Assembly: GCA_949295645.1 (NCBI GenBank)
Contig: CASFLY010000159.1
Location: 494 to 64,493, forward strand
Length of the DNA: 64,000 bases
Direction: 5' to 3'
Source: an uncultured Bacteroidales bacterium
GTDB lineage: Bacteria; Bacteroidota; Bacteroidia; Bacteroidales; UBA932
Below, in pieces: positions 1-9,588 of the stretch. Within the stretch, counting starts at the first letter, position 1. Every line of letters begins with the position of its first letter. A program made the translations under genes and the position numbers. The notes under the pieces are model-generated. The model was not told the DNA's origin. It did no database searches and saw only the letters and a program-made list of their open reading frames with translations.

Positions 1-1140
1 AATGAAAGCAAGGCGATGGGAATAAGGATGGGTACGCCGTTCTATCAGGTCAGCGGCTATGTCGAGAGAGGGAAACTCGAGGTCTGCTCTTCCAACTATA
101 CCCTTTATGGCGACATGTCGGGCAGGGTGATGTCCATCCTGGCGGATGCCGTCCCGAAAATAGAAATCTATTCCATCGATGAAGCGTTTCTCGTCCTTGA
201 CGGCATAAATCCGGAAAAGATAGGGCCGCTGTGCGCATCTACGGTGGGCAAGGTCAGGAAATGGACGGGAATTCCGGTCAGTATAGGAGTGGCTCCGACA
301 AAGACTCTCGCAAAGATAGCGAGCCATTTTGCGAAGAAATACAAGGGGTACCATGGCGTATGTATGATAGATGACGACCGGAAGCGGGAAAAGGCCCTGT
401 CCCTTACACCTGTCGCCGAAGTCTGGGGAATCGGGCGAAGGATAGCTCCAAAACTTGCCGAAGCGGGAGTCAGAACCGCTCTGGACTATGTCAGAAGACC
501 GGAATCCTGGATAAAGGAAAATTATATGCTGGCCGGTTTGCGCACCTGGATGGAACTGCAGGGTACAGTTTGCATCGAGGCAGAAACGGAGACTGCACGC
601 AAGTCCATCTGCACTTCCCGGTCGTTCGCGGATATGCTTGAAGATGAAGACGGCATTTCTCAGAAAGTGGCGGATTTTGCTGCGCACTGCGCTTTGAAAC
701 TCAGGCAGGAAGGGACTGCGGCCCAGGATGTTACCACTTTTCTTCATACGAACAGGTTCAGGGATGACCTGGCGCAATATTACCCGTCTGCGACCGTGAG
801 GCTCGACACTGCGGCAAGCAATACCAAAGAAATCGTTGCAGCGGCCTTGCGGGCTCTCCACACCATTTACAGGCCAGGCTACAAATACAAAAAGGCTGGA
901 GTGACCGTCAGCAATATCGTGCCTGCAGGGTCTGTAGATGCGGCATTGTTCGGTTTCGACCCTGAAGACAGGGCCAGGAACGACGCCATCTCCAGGGTTA
1001 TGGACACAGTGAACGGCAAGGACGCCTCATTGCTGCGCTTCGCATCCCAGAAATCCGGCAATTATGCGTCAGGCATACGCAGCGAGCACCGTTCGCGCCG
1101 CTATTCCACCGTATTTGACGAAATCATTGAAATAAAGTAA
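1..1140 (+). CDS. umuC: Y-family DNA polymerase V subunit (UmuC/DinB-like, DUF4113-type C-terminus), 5' truncated by the window edge
   Basis: SSNYTLYGDMS, YSIDEAFL, GIPVSIGVAPTKTLAK, VWGIGRR motifs and a C-terminal SRRYST tail. The frame is open from base 1 (NESKAMG). Confidence 0.88.
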   Translation, partial: NESKAMGIRMGTPFYQVSGYVERGKLEVCSSNYTLYGDMSGRVMSILADAVPKIEIYSIDEAFLVLDGINPEKIGPLCASTVGKVRKWTGIPVSIGVAPTKTLAKIASHFAKKYKGYHGVCMIDDDRKREKALSLTPVAEVWGIGRRIAPKLAEAGVRTALDYVRRPESWIKENYMLAGLRTWMELQGTVCIEAETETARKSICTSRSFADMLEDEDGISQKVADFAAHCALKLRQEGTAAQDVTTFLHTNRFRDDLAQYYPSATVRLDTAASNTKEIVAAALRALHTIYRPGYKYKKAGVTVSNIVPAGSVDAALFGFDPEDRARNDAISRVMDTVNGKDASLLRFASQKSGNYASGIRSEHRSRRYSTVFDEIIEIK

Positions 1141-1159
1141 GACATTCCGCAAAAACAGT

Positions 1160-1167
1160 TAAATTTG
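1160..1167 (+). promoter_or_regulatory. Bacteroidota sigma-A -7 element (TAAATTTG) for pgi
   Basis: Matches TAnnTTTG about 40 nt before the pgi start. Confidence 0.6.
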
Positions 1168-1204
1168 TAAGATATGTGGAATAAACTAACTAAACGATAA
1201 AGTT

Positions 1205-2542
1205 ATGCTAAAAGTCAATTTGGGAGGATGCAGTTCCTTTGTCAAAACAGCGGATTATGAGAAATATGTAGAAAAGGCACTCGGTGCATTCGATGTCCTG
1301 GAGTCCGAGACCGGGGCCGGAAATGATTTTCTCGGCTGGAAACACCTGCCTACTTCCACGCCCGAGTCGCTTGTGGCGGATTGCGAGGCGATCAGGGATG
1401 CGTGGAAAGCGAAAGGGGTGAACCTTGTCATAGTGATCGGCATCGGCGGTTCTTATCTCGGAGCCAAATGTGCGCTGGAAGCCCTTTCGCACTCGTTTGC
1501 AAAGCAGCTCGCTTCGGCGAAAGACTCTATGGAAGTGGTTTTTGCCGGGCATAATCTCTCGGAAGAGTACATAAGCGAACTTATGGATCTCGCAGGGGAG
1601 CGCAACATAGCAGCCGTAGTCATCTCCAAGTCCGGAACAACTACGGAACCGGCAGTGGCGTTCAGGCAGATCAAGAACTATATCGAGGAGAAATACGGCA
1701 AGGCCGAGGCTGCGGAAAGGATAGTGGCCGTGACCGATGCAAGGAAAGGTGCGCTGAAGTCGCTCTCCACACAGGAAGGCTACAAGACTTTCGTGATAGA
1801 GGACAATGTCGGGGGCCGCTTTTCCGTACTAACTCCTGTCGGTATCCTTCCTGTCGTCCTGGCCGGCTTTGACATAAGGAAGATGCTCGCGGGTGCGGCG
1901 GAGATGGAAAAGGCTTCCGCAGTGCGTTCCGCTGAAAATCCTGCGGTGCAGTATGCCGCAATGAGGAACCTCCTGTATGACAACGGCAAGAAAATCGAAA
2001 TCCTCGTCTCGTATAACCCGAAACTCCAGTATCTCGGAGAATGGTGGAAGCAGCTCTATGGAGAGTCCGAGGGTAAGGACGGCAAGGGAATCTTCCCTGC
2101 ATCCGTCAATTTCACAACCGACCTGCATTCGATGGGACAGTATATCCAGGACGGTGAGCGGATTCTGATGGAAACGGTAGTTACCGTGGAAAACAGCAAC
2201 CGTTCGATGACTATCGTAGATGACCCTCAGAATCTCGACGGCCTGAATTTCCTGACGGGCAAGCATGTCGAGCACTGCAACGCCATGGCGGAACTCGGCA
2301 CGAAACTGGCCCATATTGATGGAGGCGTTCCCCAGCTGTCCGTATCCATTGAAAGGATAGACGAGTACAATCTCGGAGCCCTGTTCTATTTCTTCGAGAA
2401 AGCCTGCGGCATAAGTGCCTACATCCTCGGGGTCAATCCGTTCAACCAGCCGGGAGTCGAAGCCTACAAGAAGAACATGTTCGCCCTTCTCGGCAAGCCG
2501 GGCTACGAAGCCCAGGCGGAAGAGCTGAAGAAAAGACTTTAG
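1205..2542 (+). CDS. pgi: Glucose-6-phosphate isomerase
   Basis: IGIGGSYLG, SKSGTTTE, VGGRFSV, QLYGESEGK, DLHSMGQ and NPFNQPGVEAYK motifs. Confidence 0.97.
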   Translation: MLKVNLGGCSSFVKTADYEKYVEKALGAFDVLESETGAGNDFLGWKHLPTSTPESLVADCEAIRDAWKAKGVNLVIVIGIGGSYLGAKCALEALSHSFAKQLASAKDSMEVVFAGHNLSEEYISELMDLAGERNIAAVVISKSGTTTEPAVAFRQIKNYIEEKYGKAEAAERIVAVTDARKGALKSLSTQEGYKTFVIEDNVGGRFSVLTPVGILPVVLAGFDIRKMLAGAAEMEKASAVRSAENPAVQYAAMRNLLYDNGKKIEILVSYNPKLQYLGEWWKQLYGESEGKDGKGIFPASVNFTTDLHSMGQYIQDGERILMETVVTVENSNRSMTIVDDPQNLDGLNFLTGKHVEHCNAMAELGTKLAHIDGGVPQLSVSIERIDEYNLGALFYFFEKACGISAYILGVNPFNQPGVEAYKKNMFALLGKPGYEAQAEELKKRL

Positions 2543-2552
2543 CGAGGCATCA

Positions 2553-4268
2553 TTACAGCATCTGTCCGCCGATGAATTCCCTCATTATGGAATTCGGCGG
2601 AACGGCGGCGATTTCTGCCGGGGAGAGGGCTACGATATAGTCCAGGAACTTCAGAAGGCGGACAGATTCGGTATATGCCGGGGAATTCGGCGCAATACGG
2701 CGCAGGAGCGGTTCGGCATAGTATTTAAGCAACGGCAGTTCGAAAATCAGGGCTGAATTGAAAGCCGCATCTGCATTTTCCTGAAAAGGGAAGATGTTGC
2801 GGTTTTCCCCTCGCCTTACGCTGTGCCAGCGCATTATCGTGGATTCCGGACTTACGCCCCGGACACGGTTGTCCCGGACCATACGCCGCAGCAGGCGGTT
2901 GTCGGAGGTCGAGATATTGTTGTTTTCGTCCAGGGACAGCGACGTCAGGGCGGAGGCATAGACTCTGAAAATGCGGGAATTGTCCACGGCGGAAGTCATC
3001 TCGGGATTCAGGGCGTGGATGCCTTCCATAATCAGGATGTCGTTTTCGTCGAGATGCAGGGTGTCTCCCTTGAATGTCCGTTTGCCTTCCTTGAAGTCGA
3101 AACACGGGATTTCTATGGTTTTCCCCGAAAGCAGATCGTTCAGCTGGCTGTTCAGCAGATCCAGATCCATTGCGTGCAGGGATTCGAAGTCGTATTCTCC
3201 GTTTTCGTCTTTAGGGGTATGTTCCCTGTCTACGAAATAGTTGTCCAGTTCGATGACTTTCGGGTTCATGCCCAGGACTTTGCACTGTATGGCCAGACGC
3301 TTCGACGAGGAGGTCTTGCCGCTGCTTGACGGCCCGGCGATCATTATGATTTTGGACTTGTCGCGCCTTTCGTAAATCATGTCGGCGATGTCGGCATATT
3401 TTCTTTCGTGCAGTGCTTCCGCGATGTTTATCAGCTGTACGGCGCCTCCTTCGGATATTACCTTGTTCAGGGTGCCGACGCCTTTTACCCCGGTAATTTC
3501 GCACCAGCGCGAATATTCCTGCAGGGTAGCGGCGAGTTTGGACTGCCTTTTCATCGGAGTCACCCTGTCAGTTTTCCCCTCTTCAGGGAACTGGAGACAG
3601 AATCCGCTGTTGAACCCCACCAGGTCGAATATCTTAAGGCAGCCTGTAGACGGTACGAGAGGCCCGTAGAACGTGTCGGCGTCACCTCCGAGGAAGTAGA
3701 CGCTGTAAGTGAATTTGCCGAGTGACTGCAGCAGGTTGGCCTTGTCGGGCTGGCTGTTTTCGAGAAACAGTTTCTCCGCTTCTTTCGCGGACATTTTCAT
3801 CTTGTTGAAGTGCAGATCGGCAAAAATGAGTTCCTGCATACGTTCCTTTATCCTTTCGATTTCCTCGTCAGTGACGAAATGGGTCGGCAGGATCCCGTCA
3901 TCATTCGGATTCTGCTCCCGGATTTCGCAGTACAGGCCGCTCGGCAGGGAATATTCTATAAGAAGGATCTTGTCAGGATAAAGGTCGCGGATGGCGTGCT
4001 GCAGGACAAAACACAGTGACCGGATATAAGTCCTGCGTCCGTCCGGGTGGTTATAGCCGATGAATTCGACCTTGTGAGGCATCATGACAGGAAAGTCGAG
4101 TTCCTTGAGTGCGTGGTCCACGAGGGCTGCGAGCACAGGAAGGCATTCTCCTGTCTTTTCATCTGTAACAGTCCTGCAGAACTCGTCCGAAAGCGAGGAC
4201 AGGTGCGTGCCTGTTCCGACTTTGTGGTATGACTTGTCGTTTTCGCAGTAAATTACCGTTTCTTCCAT
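2553..4268 (-). CDS. Uridine/nucleoside kinase with N-terminal ThrRS-like domain
   Basis: Walker A AGPSSSGKT, LDNYF, EGIHALN, RLLRRMVRD, plus a ThrRS-N-like N-terminal half. Confidence 0.88.
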   Translation of the reverse strand: MEETVIYCENDKSYHKVGTGTHLSSLSDEFCRTVTDEKTGECLPVLAALVDHALKELDFPVMMPHKVEFIGYNHPDGRRTYIRSLCFVLQHAIRDLYPDKILLIEYSLPSGLYCEIREQNPNDDGILPTHFVTDEEIERIKERMQELIFADLHFNKMKMSAKEAEKLFLENSQPDKANLLQSLGKFTYSVYFLGGDADTFYGPLVPSTGCLKIFDLVGFNSGFCLQFPEEGKTDRVTPMKRQSKLAATLQEYSRWCEITGVKGVGTLNKVISEGGAVQLINIAEALHERKYADIADMIYERRDKSKIIMIAGPSSSGKTSSSKRLAIQCKVLGMNPKVIELDNYFVDREHTPKDENGEYDFESLHAMDLDLLNSQLNDLLSGKTIEIPCFDFKEGKRTFKGDTLHLDENDILIMEGIHALNPEMTSAVDNSRIFRVYASALTSLSLDENNNISTSDNRLLRRMVRDNRVRGVSPESTIMRWHSVRRGENRNIFPFQENADAAFNSALIFELPLLKYYAEPLLRRIAPNSPAYTESVRLLKFLDYIVALSPAEIAAVPPNSIMREFIGGQML

Positions 4269-4325
4269 ATAATCGATATTATCAGCAGTTTGTCCGGGAG
4301 CCCGTTTGCAGGGAACCTGGAAGAC

Positions 4326-7121
4326 CTACAAAATCTCAGCCAGATACGGTCCTGTGACAGATTCCGGATTTCTTGCAAGCTCTTCCGGTGTTCCGCTGGC
4401 CACGACAAAACCTCCGGCCTTGCCGCCTTCCGGACCGAGATCGAACAGGTAGTCCACGGACTTGAGCACATCGAGGTTGTGTTCGATGACTATGACGGTA
4501 TTACCTTGTTCTACAAGCTGTTGCAGTACGTTCAGCAGTACTTTTATATCCTCGAAATGAAGTCCTGTCGTCGGCTCGTCAAGAATGTAAAGGGTGTTTC
4601 CCGTGCCTTTCCGTCCGAGTTCCGCCGCCAGTTTCATTCTCTGGCTTTCCCCTCCGGACAGGGTGACTGCCGACTGTCCGAGCCGCACGTATCCCAGGCC
4701 TACGTCCGTCAGGGCTTTCAGTTTCTGGCTTATGGACGGGATATTTTCGAAAAAGCCGTAAGCCTCGCTGATGGACATCTCGAGTACGTCATCGATGTTT
4801 TTGTTTTTGTACTTTACCGCCAATGTGTCTTCCTTGTATCTCCGTCCGCGGCATTCCTTGCAGACCACGTTTACGGAAGGCAGGAAATTCATTTCGATGA
4901 CCTTGATCCCGGCGCCTTTGCATTCCTCGCACCTTCCCCCGGGCACATTGAAGGAAAACCGCCCTGCCTTGAATCCGCGGATTTTCGCATCCGGGGTCGA
5001 TTCGAAAAGCATCCTGATGTCGTTGAACACGCCGGTGAATGTGGCAGGGTTGCTTCTCGGGGTGCGTCCTATCGGGCTTTGGTCGATTTCTATCAGCTTG
5101 TCGATGTTTTCGATTCCGGTTACCGCATCGCAGGGCAGGGCCTGCAGCCTGGCATTGTAGAACTTGTTCTTCAGTACCGGCATCAGGGTTTCGTTTATCA
5201 GCGATGATTTTCCGCTGCCGCTTACCCCGCTTATCCCGATGAGTATTCCGAGAGGGAAGTCGATATCGACGTTTTTCAGATTATTGCCCCGTGCGCCCCT
5301 GATTCCGAGGAAGCTGCCGTTGCCCGGACGCCTTGTCCGGGGCACCGGAATCGAGTTCTTTCCAGTCAGATAGTCGAGGGTGACGGATTCGCCCATAACA
5401 GTGTGCCCGAGCGTATCCCCGTCCGGGACAATCCCTTTTACGGCATAGTCCACAGGTGCATTGAGACATATCCTGCCTCCGTTTTCTCCTGCACCCGGGC
5501 CTACATCCACAAGCCAGTCGGCCGACATCATCGTTTCCGCGTCATGCTCTACCACCATCACGGAATTCCCCTCGTCCCGCAGTTTTTTCAAGGATGAGAT
5601 AAGCTTCCTGTTGTCCCGCTGGTGCAGCCCGATGCTCGGCTCGTCGAGGATGTAAAGGACATTCACGAGTTTGGAGCCTATCTGCGTCGCGAGTCTTATC
5701 CGCTGGCTTTCCCCTCCGGAGAGGGATGCTGTGGCCCTGTCGAGGGAGAGATATTCGAGTCCCACGTCGACAAGGAACGAAATCCTGTCTTTCAGTTCCT
5801 TCAGGATGTCCCTGGCTATGGTTTTCGACCTGCCGTCGAGCCTGTCTTCAAGCGATGCTATCCATCCGGAGAGCTCCGAAATCTCCATTGCGGAAACCTC
5901 GGATATGGTTTTCCCGTCTATCCTGAAACAGTCTGCATCCCGGTTCAGGCGGGTGCCATGGCACACTGGGCAGACGATTTTCTCGTTTATGTTTTCCGTG
6001 ATTCCCGGGAACGAGACCATTTCCGAAGACGCGCCTTCTCCGATTCTGAACAGCTCGTCCGACCCGAAAACGATCAGCGATATGACTTCATCCGGGATTT
6101 CGTCGATCGGGTCATATATGGAAAAGTCGTATTTGCGGGATATCGACCTGATGATGTCGAACTTTTTGGTCTCCCTGACTTTCCCGAGGGGGATGATGCC
6201 GCCGTCGGCAATGGAAATGCTTCTGTCCGGAATGATGCTGTCGATGTTGATGTCCACTATCATCCCGAGCCCTTTACAGTGGGGACAATAGCCTTGCGGC
6301 GAATTGAAGGAAAAAGAATGGGGCGCAGGTTCGGCAATGGAAATGCCCGTGTCCGGACATACGAGATGTTTCGAATAATGCCGGACCTCGGCCGTCTCCG
6401 TATCCAGTATGGCAATGGAGCCTTTCCCTATGTTCAGGGCCGATATTACCGAATTGCGGATGCGCTTTTCGTCTCCGGCGTCGGGTTTCAGCTTGTCGAC
6501 CACGAGTTCGATGAAATGCGCCTTGTAACGGTCGATTACGATTTCCCTGTTCAGATCCATGATTTCGGAATCCACTCTCACCTGCGTGTAGCCGCGCTTC
6601 CTGAGCTGGTCGAAGAGATCCCGGTAATGTCCTTTCCTGCCTTTGACCAAAGGCGAGAGCAACAGGCATTTTTTCCCGCCGTAGTCCTGCATCAGCAGGG
6701 AAACTATCTGCTCGTCCGTGTATCTGACCATTTCTTTCCCGGTGGCAGGAGAGTAGGCCTTGGAAGCCCTGGCATAGAGCAGACGGAGGAAATCGTAAAT
6801 CTCGGTAATGGTGCCTACCGTGGAGCGGGGATTGTTCCCGGTGGTCTTCTGCTCTATGGCGATTATGGGGCTGAGCCCCGTAATGCTTTCGACTTCGGGT
6901 TTCCCGAGTATGCCGATGAACTGTTTCGCGTATGTGGAAAGAGTGTCCATGTACCGTCTGGAGCCTTCGGCGTAGATGGTGTCGAAAGCCAGCGAAGATT
7001 TCCCGCTGCCGCTCAGTCCGGTGACCACCACGAATTCGTCCCGTGGTATATCCACGGAAATATTCTTGAGATTGTGGGCTTTAGCCCCCCGTATTTTTAT
7101 GTATTCCTTTTTGTCGGTCAT
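4326..7121 (-). CDS. uvrA: Excinuclease ABC subunit A
   Basis: Two ABC ATPase domains ([24 protein letters not shown] twice) and CxxC zinc fingers. Confidence 0.97.
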   Translation of the reverse strand: MTDKKEYIKIRGAKAHNLKNISVDIPRDEFVVVTGLSGSGKSSLAFDTIYAEGSRRYMDTLSTYAKQFIGILGKPEVESITGLSPIIAIEQKTTGNNPRSTVGTITEIYDFLRLLYARASKAYSPATGKEMVRYTDEQIVSLLMQDYGGKKCLLLSPLVKGRKGHYRDLFDQLRKRGYTQVRVDSEIMDLNREIVIDRYKAHFIELVVDKLKPDAGDEKRIRNSVISALNIGKGSIAILDTETAEVRHYSKHLVCPDTGISIAEPAPHSFSFNSPQGYCPHCKGLGMIVDINIDSIIPDRSISIADGGIIPLGKVRETKKFDIIRSISRKYDFSIYDPIDEIPDEVISLIVFGSDELFRIGEGASSEMVSFPGITENINEKIVCPVCHGTRLNRDADCFRIDGKTISEVSAMEISELSGWIASLEDRLDGRSKTIARDILKELKDRISFLVDVGLEYLSLDRATASLSGGESQRIRLATQIGSKLVNVLYILDEPSIGLHQRDNRKLISSLKKLRDEGNSVMVVEHDAETMMSADWLVDVGPGAGENGGRICLNAPVDYAVKGIVPDGDTLGHTVMGESVTLDYLTGKNSIPVPRTRRPGNGSFLGIRGARGNNLKNVDIDFPLGILIGISGVSGSGKSSLINETLMPVLKNKFYNARLQALPCDAVTGIENIDKLIEIDQSPIGRTPRSNPATFTGVFNDIRMLFESTPDAKIRGFKAGRFSFNVPGGRCEECKGAGIKVIEMNFLPSVNVVCKECRGRRYKEDTLAVKYKNKNIDDVLEMSISEAYGFFENIPSISQKLKALTDVGLGYVRLGQSAVTLSGGESQRMKLAAELGRKGTGNTLYILDEPTTGLHFEDIKVLLNVLQQLVEQGNTVIVIEHNLDVLKSVDYLFDLGPEGGKAGGFVVASGTPEELARNPESVTGPYLAEIL

Positions 7122-7143
7122 TGTCTGGCGTCAGTCCGGCGGA

Positions 7144-7836
7144 TTAATTCTGCTCATTCCCCGGGAGTTCTTCCGGTCCTTCCTCAGGAAGGTTGAACGG
7201 CTGCAGGAACGGATTTTTGGTGCGTTCGTCGGCAATGGAGGTCTTCGGGCCATGCCCTGGTATCACCGCGATGTCGCCGTCGAGGCACATCAGTCTTGAA
7301 AAGATGCTTTCCATCAGCCGGTCGTAGTCCCCGCCGGGATGATCCGTCCTGCCTATGCTGCCGGCAAAAAGAGTGTCTCCGCTCAACAGTATCCTGTCCT
7401 TTTCATCATAGTAGCAGACGCAGCCGGGAGTGTGTCCGGGAGTATGGATGACTTCGAATTCAGTATTTCCGAACCGGATGATGTCTCCGTCGGCAATGTC
7501 TGTGGTGTCCACGTCGATGACAGGCATCCTGAATCCGTATGTTCTTGTGAAGAAATCGTCGATTTTCAGGATTTCCTTGTCAGCCGGGTGCATATATACA
7601 GGCACGCCGTATTTTTTCGAACAGTCCGTCAGGCCGAGCACGTGGTCGAAGTGCCCGTGTGTCAGAAGTATTTTCACCGGATTGAGCCCCTTTTCCCCGA
7701 TGAATCCGTACAGACGCTCTTTCTCGCTGTCAGTCCCGCAGCCGGGGTCCACGATGACGCATTCGCCGCTTTCATCCCATATCACTGAGCAACATTCCCG
7801 GAAGTCGTTGAAGTAAAAATTTTTTATCTGTATCAT
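7144..7836 (-). CDS. MBL-fold metallo-hydrolase (glyoxalase II-like)
   Basis: [20 protein letters not shown] and PGHG motifs. Confidence 0.9.
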   Translation of the reverse strand: MIQIKNFYFNDFRECCSVIWDESGECVIVDPGCGTDSEKERLYGFIGEKGLNPVKILLTHGHFDHVLGLTDCSKKYGVPVYMHPADKEILKIDDFFTRTYGFRMPVIDVDTTDIADGDIIRFGNTEFEVIHTPGHTPGCVCYYDEKDRILLSGDTLFAGSIGRTDHPGGDYDRLMESIFSRLMCLDGDIAVIPGHGPKTSIADERTKNPFLQPFNLPEEGPEELPGNEQN

Positions 7837-7857
7837 TATTGTCCGGAATTATTCGGA

Positions 7858-7895
7858 CAAACTTACGGAAAAATTTCCGGTTTTTTCTAAATTTG
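7858..7895. promoter_or_regulatory. Divergent -7 promoter pair (TAAGTTTG on minus at 7858-7865, TAAATTTG on plus at 7888-7895)
   Basis: Two TAnnTTTG matches facing the MBL/uvrA operon and the dNK operon. Confidence 0.6.
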
Positions 7896-7930
7896 TCAGG
7901 TTCTATTGTTGGAAAATTCAAAACACCGTT

Positions 7931-8554
7931 ATGCACATAGCTATTGCAGGAAACATAGGCAGCGGGAAAACTACCCTGACCAAGATGCTTGCCGCACATT
8001 ATCATTGGACACCGAAATTCGAATCTGTGGACTACAACCCGTATCTTGCTGATTTTTACGAAGATATGGAACGCTGGTCTTTCAATCTCCAGATTTATTT
8101 CCTGAACAGGAGATTCAAGGACGTGGTCGAGATTTCGAAAAGCAGCGATGTGATCATCCAGGACAGGACCATCTACGAGGATGCGAGGATTTTCGCTCCG
8201 AACCTGCATGCTATGGGGCTGATGAGCACCCGCGATTTCGAGAACTATTCGGATCTTTTCGACCTGATGATGTCGCTCGTAAACCCGCCTGACCTGCTGA
8301 TCTATCTCCGTTCGAGCATCCCGAATCTCGTGAGCCAGATCCAGAAACGCGGGAGGGAGTATGAAAAAAGTATCAGGATAGACTATATTACGGGTCTTAA
8401 CGAGCGTTACGAGGAGTGGATTGCCGGTTATGAGAGCCGCCTGCTCATCCTTGACGTGGACGGTCTCAAGTTCGAGAACCACCCGGAGGATTTCCAGACG
8501 GTTACGGACAGAATCGACGCCGAACTCTTCGGCCTTTTCAAGGATATGGAGTGA
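7931..8554 (+). CDS. Deoxynucleoside kinase
   Basis: IAGNIGSGKTT P-loop, DRTIYED, and QKRGREYE lid motif. Confidence 0.92.
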   Translation: MHIAIAGNIGSGKTTLTKMLAAHYHWTPKFESVDYNPYLADFYEDMERWSFNLQIYFLNRRFKDVVEISKSSDVIIQDRTIYEDARIFAPNLHAMGLMSTRDFENYSDLFDLMMSLVNPPDLLIYLRSSIPNLVSQIQKRGREYEKSIRIDYITGLNERYEEWIAGYESRLLILDVDGLKFENHPEDFQTVTDRIDAELFGLFKDME

Positions 8555-8573
8555 GCGGGCGGCTCTGGAGGTG

Positions 8574-9578
8574 ATGAACTATATAGGCTCGAAATATTCT
8601 CTTCTGCCTTTTGTCGAGGCTGCGGTCAGGGATGTCACGGGTGATGATTTGTCGCGGATGGTTTTCTGCGACATCTTTGCCGGGACCGGAATAGTCGGGA
8701 GATATTTCAAGCCTTTGGCAGGCAAGGTTATTTCCAATGATGTCGAATATTACAGCTATGTCCTGAACAAGAATTATATCTGGAATCATGAGGACATTCC
8801 CGGCAAGGCCGCTTTTATCAGCGAACTGAATGCCTGCGAACCCATAAATACCGGCTTCATTTACAATAACTATTGCATTGGCAGCGGAAGCGGCAGACAG
8901 TATTTCTCGGACGAAAACGGAATGAAAATCGATGCTGCCAGGCAGCGGATAGAGCAGTGGCGGCAGAGCGGGGCTATCTCCGAACATCTGTATTTTTTCC
9001 TTTTGTGCAGCCTGGTGGAAAGCGCCGACAAGGTGGCCAATACGGCTTCGGTCTATGGTGCATTTCTGAAACACCTGAAAAAAACGGCAGCAAAAGATAT
9101 GGTCATAGAACCGGCGGAATTTACGGTGAACGGCAGGCGGCACGATGTGTATAATGAGGATGCAAACCGGCTGATATCATCGGTTTCAGGGGATATTCTG
9201 TACCTGGATCCTCCTTACAATGCCCGTCAGTACGGCGCCAATTATCATTTGTTGAACACGATTGCGAAGTATCGGCCGTTTGTGCCCCAGGGCAAGACCG
9301 GACTGGACAGCTACTACAAGTCGAAATACTGCAGGGCAGGCAGCGTCCGCACGGAATTCGCATCCCTGATAAGGCGGGCTTCGTTCAGGTATGTGATCTT
9401 GTCATATAACAATGAGGGCCTTATGAGTCTTGACGATATCCGCAGGATAATGTCGGAATACGGCCGCTACGATCGGGTGGAGCGGAAGTACCACAGGTTC
9501 AAGGCAGACAAGACGGAAAACCGCCGGCATAAGGCATCGGAGACGGTGGAATACTTGCATATTCTTGAAAAATTTTAA
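8574..9578 (+). CDS. N6-adenine DNA methyltransferase, M.NlaIII/M.HpyI-like (probably CATG), orphan
   Basis: MNYIGSK start, DIFAGTG (motif I), LYLDPPYNARQYGANYHLLNTI (motif IV) and ESADKVANTASVYGAFLKHLKK. 334 aa from the ATG at 8574. Confidence 0.85.
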   Translation: MNYIGSKYSLLPFVEAAVRDVTGDDLSRMVFCDIFAGTGIVGRYFKPLAGKVISNDVEYYSYVLNKNYIWNHEDIPGKAAFISELNACEPINTGFIYNNYCIGSGSGRQYFSDENGMKIDAARQRIEQWRQSGAISEHLYFFLLCSLVESADKVANTASVYGAFLKHLKKTAAKDMVIEPAEFTVNGRRHDVYNEDANRLISSVSGDILYLDPPYNARQYGANYHLLNTIAKYRPFVPQGKTGLDSYYKSKYCRAGSVRTEFASLIRRASFRYVILSYNNEGLMSLDDIRRIMSEYGRYDRVERKYHRFKADKTENRRHKASETVEYLHILEKF

Positions 9579-9588
9579 TTTTGGAAAT

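Noticed and set aside
2553-4268. ThrRS-like domain fused to uridine kinase as a novel fusion
   Set aside because: This is a known, widespread architecture in Bacteroidota and Firmicutes.
8421-8573. N-terminal extension of the methyltransferase
   Set aside because: It overlaps the dNK gene, and homologs begin at MNYIGSK (8574).
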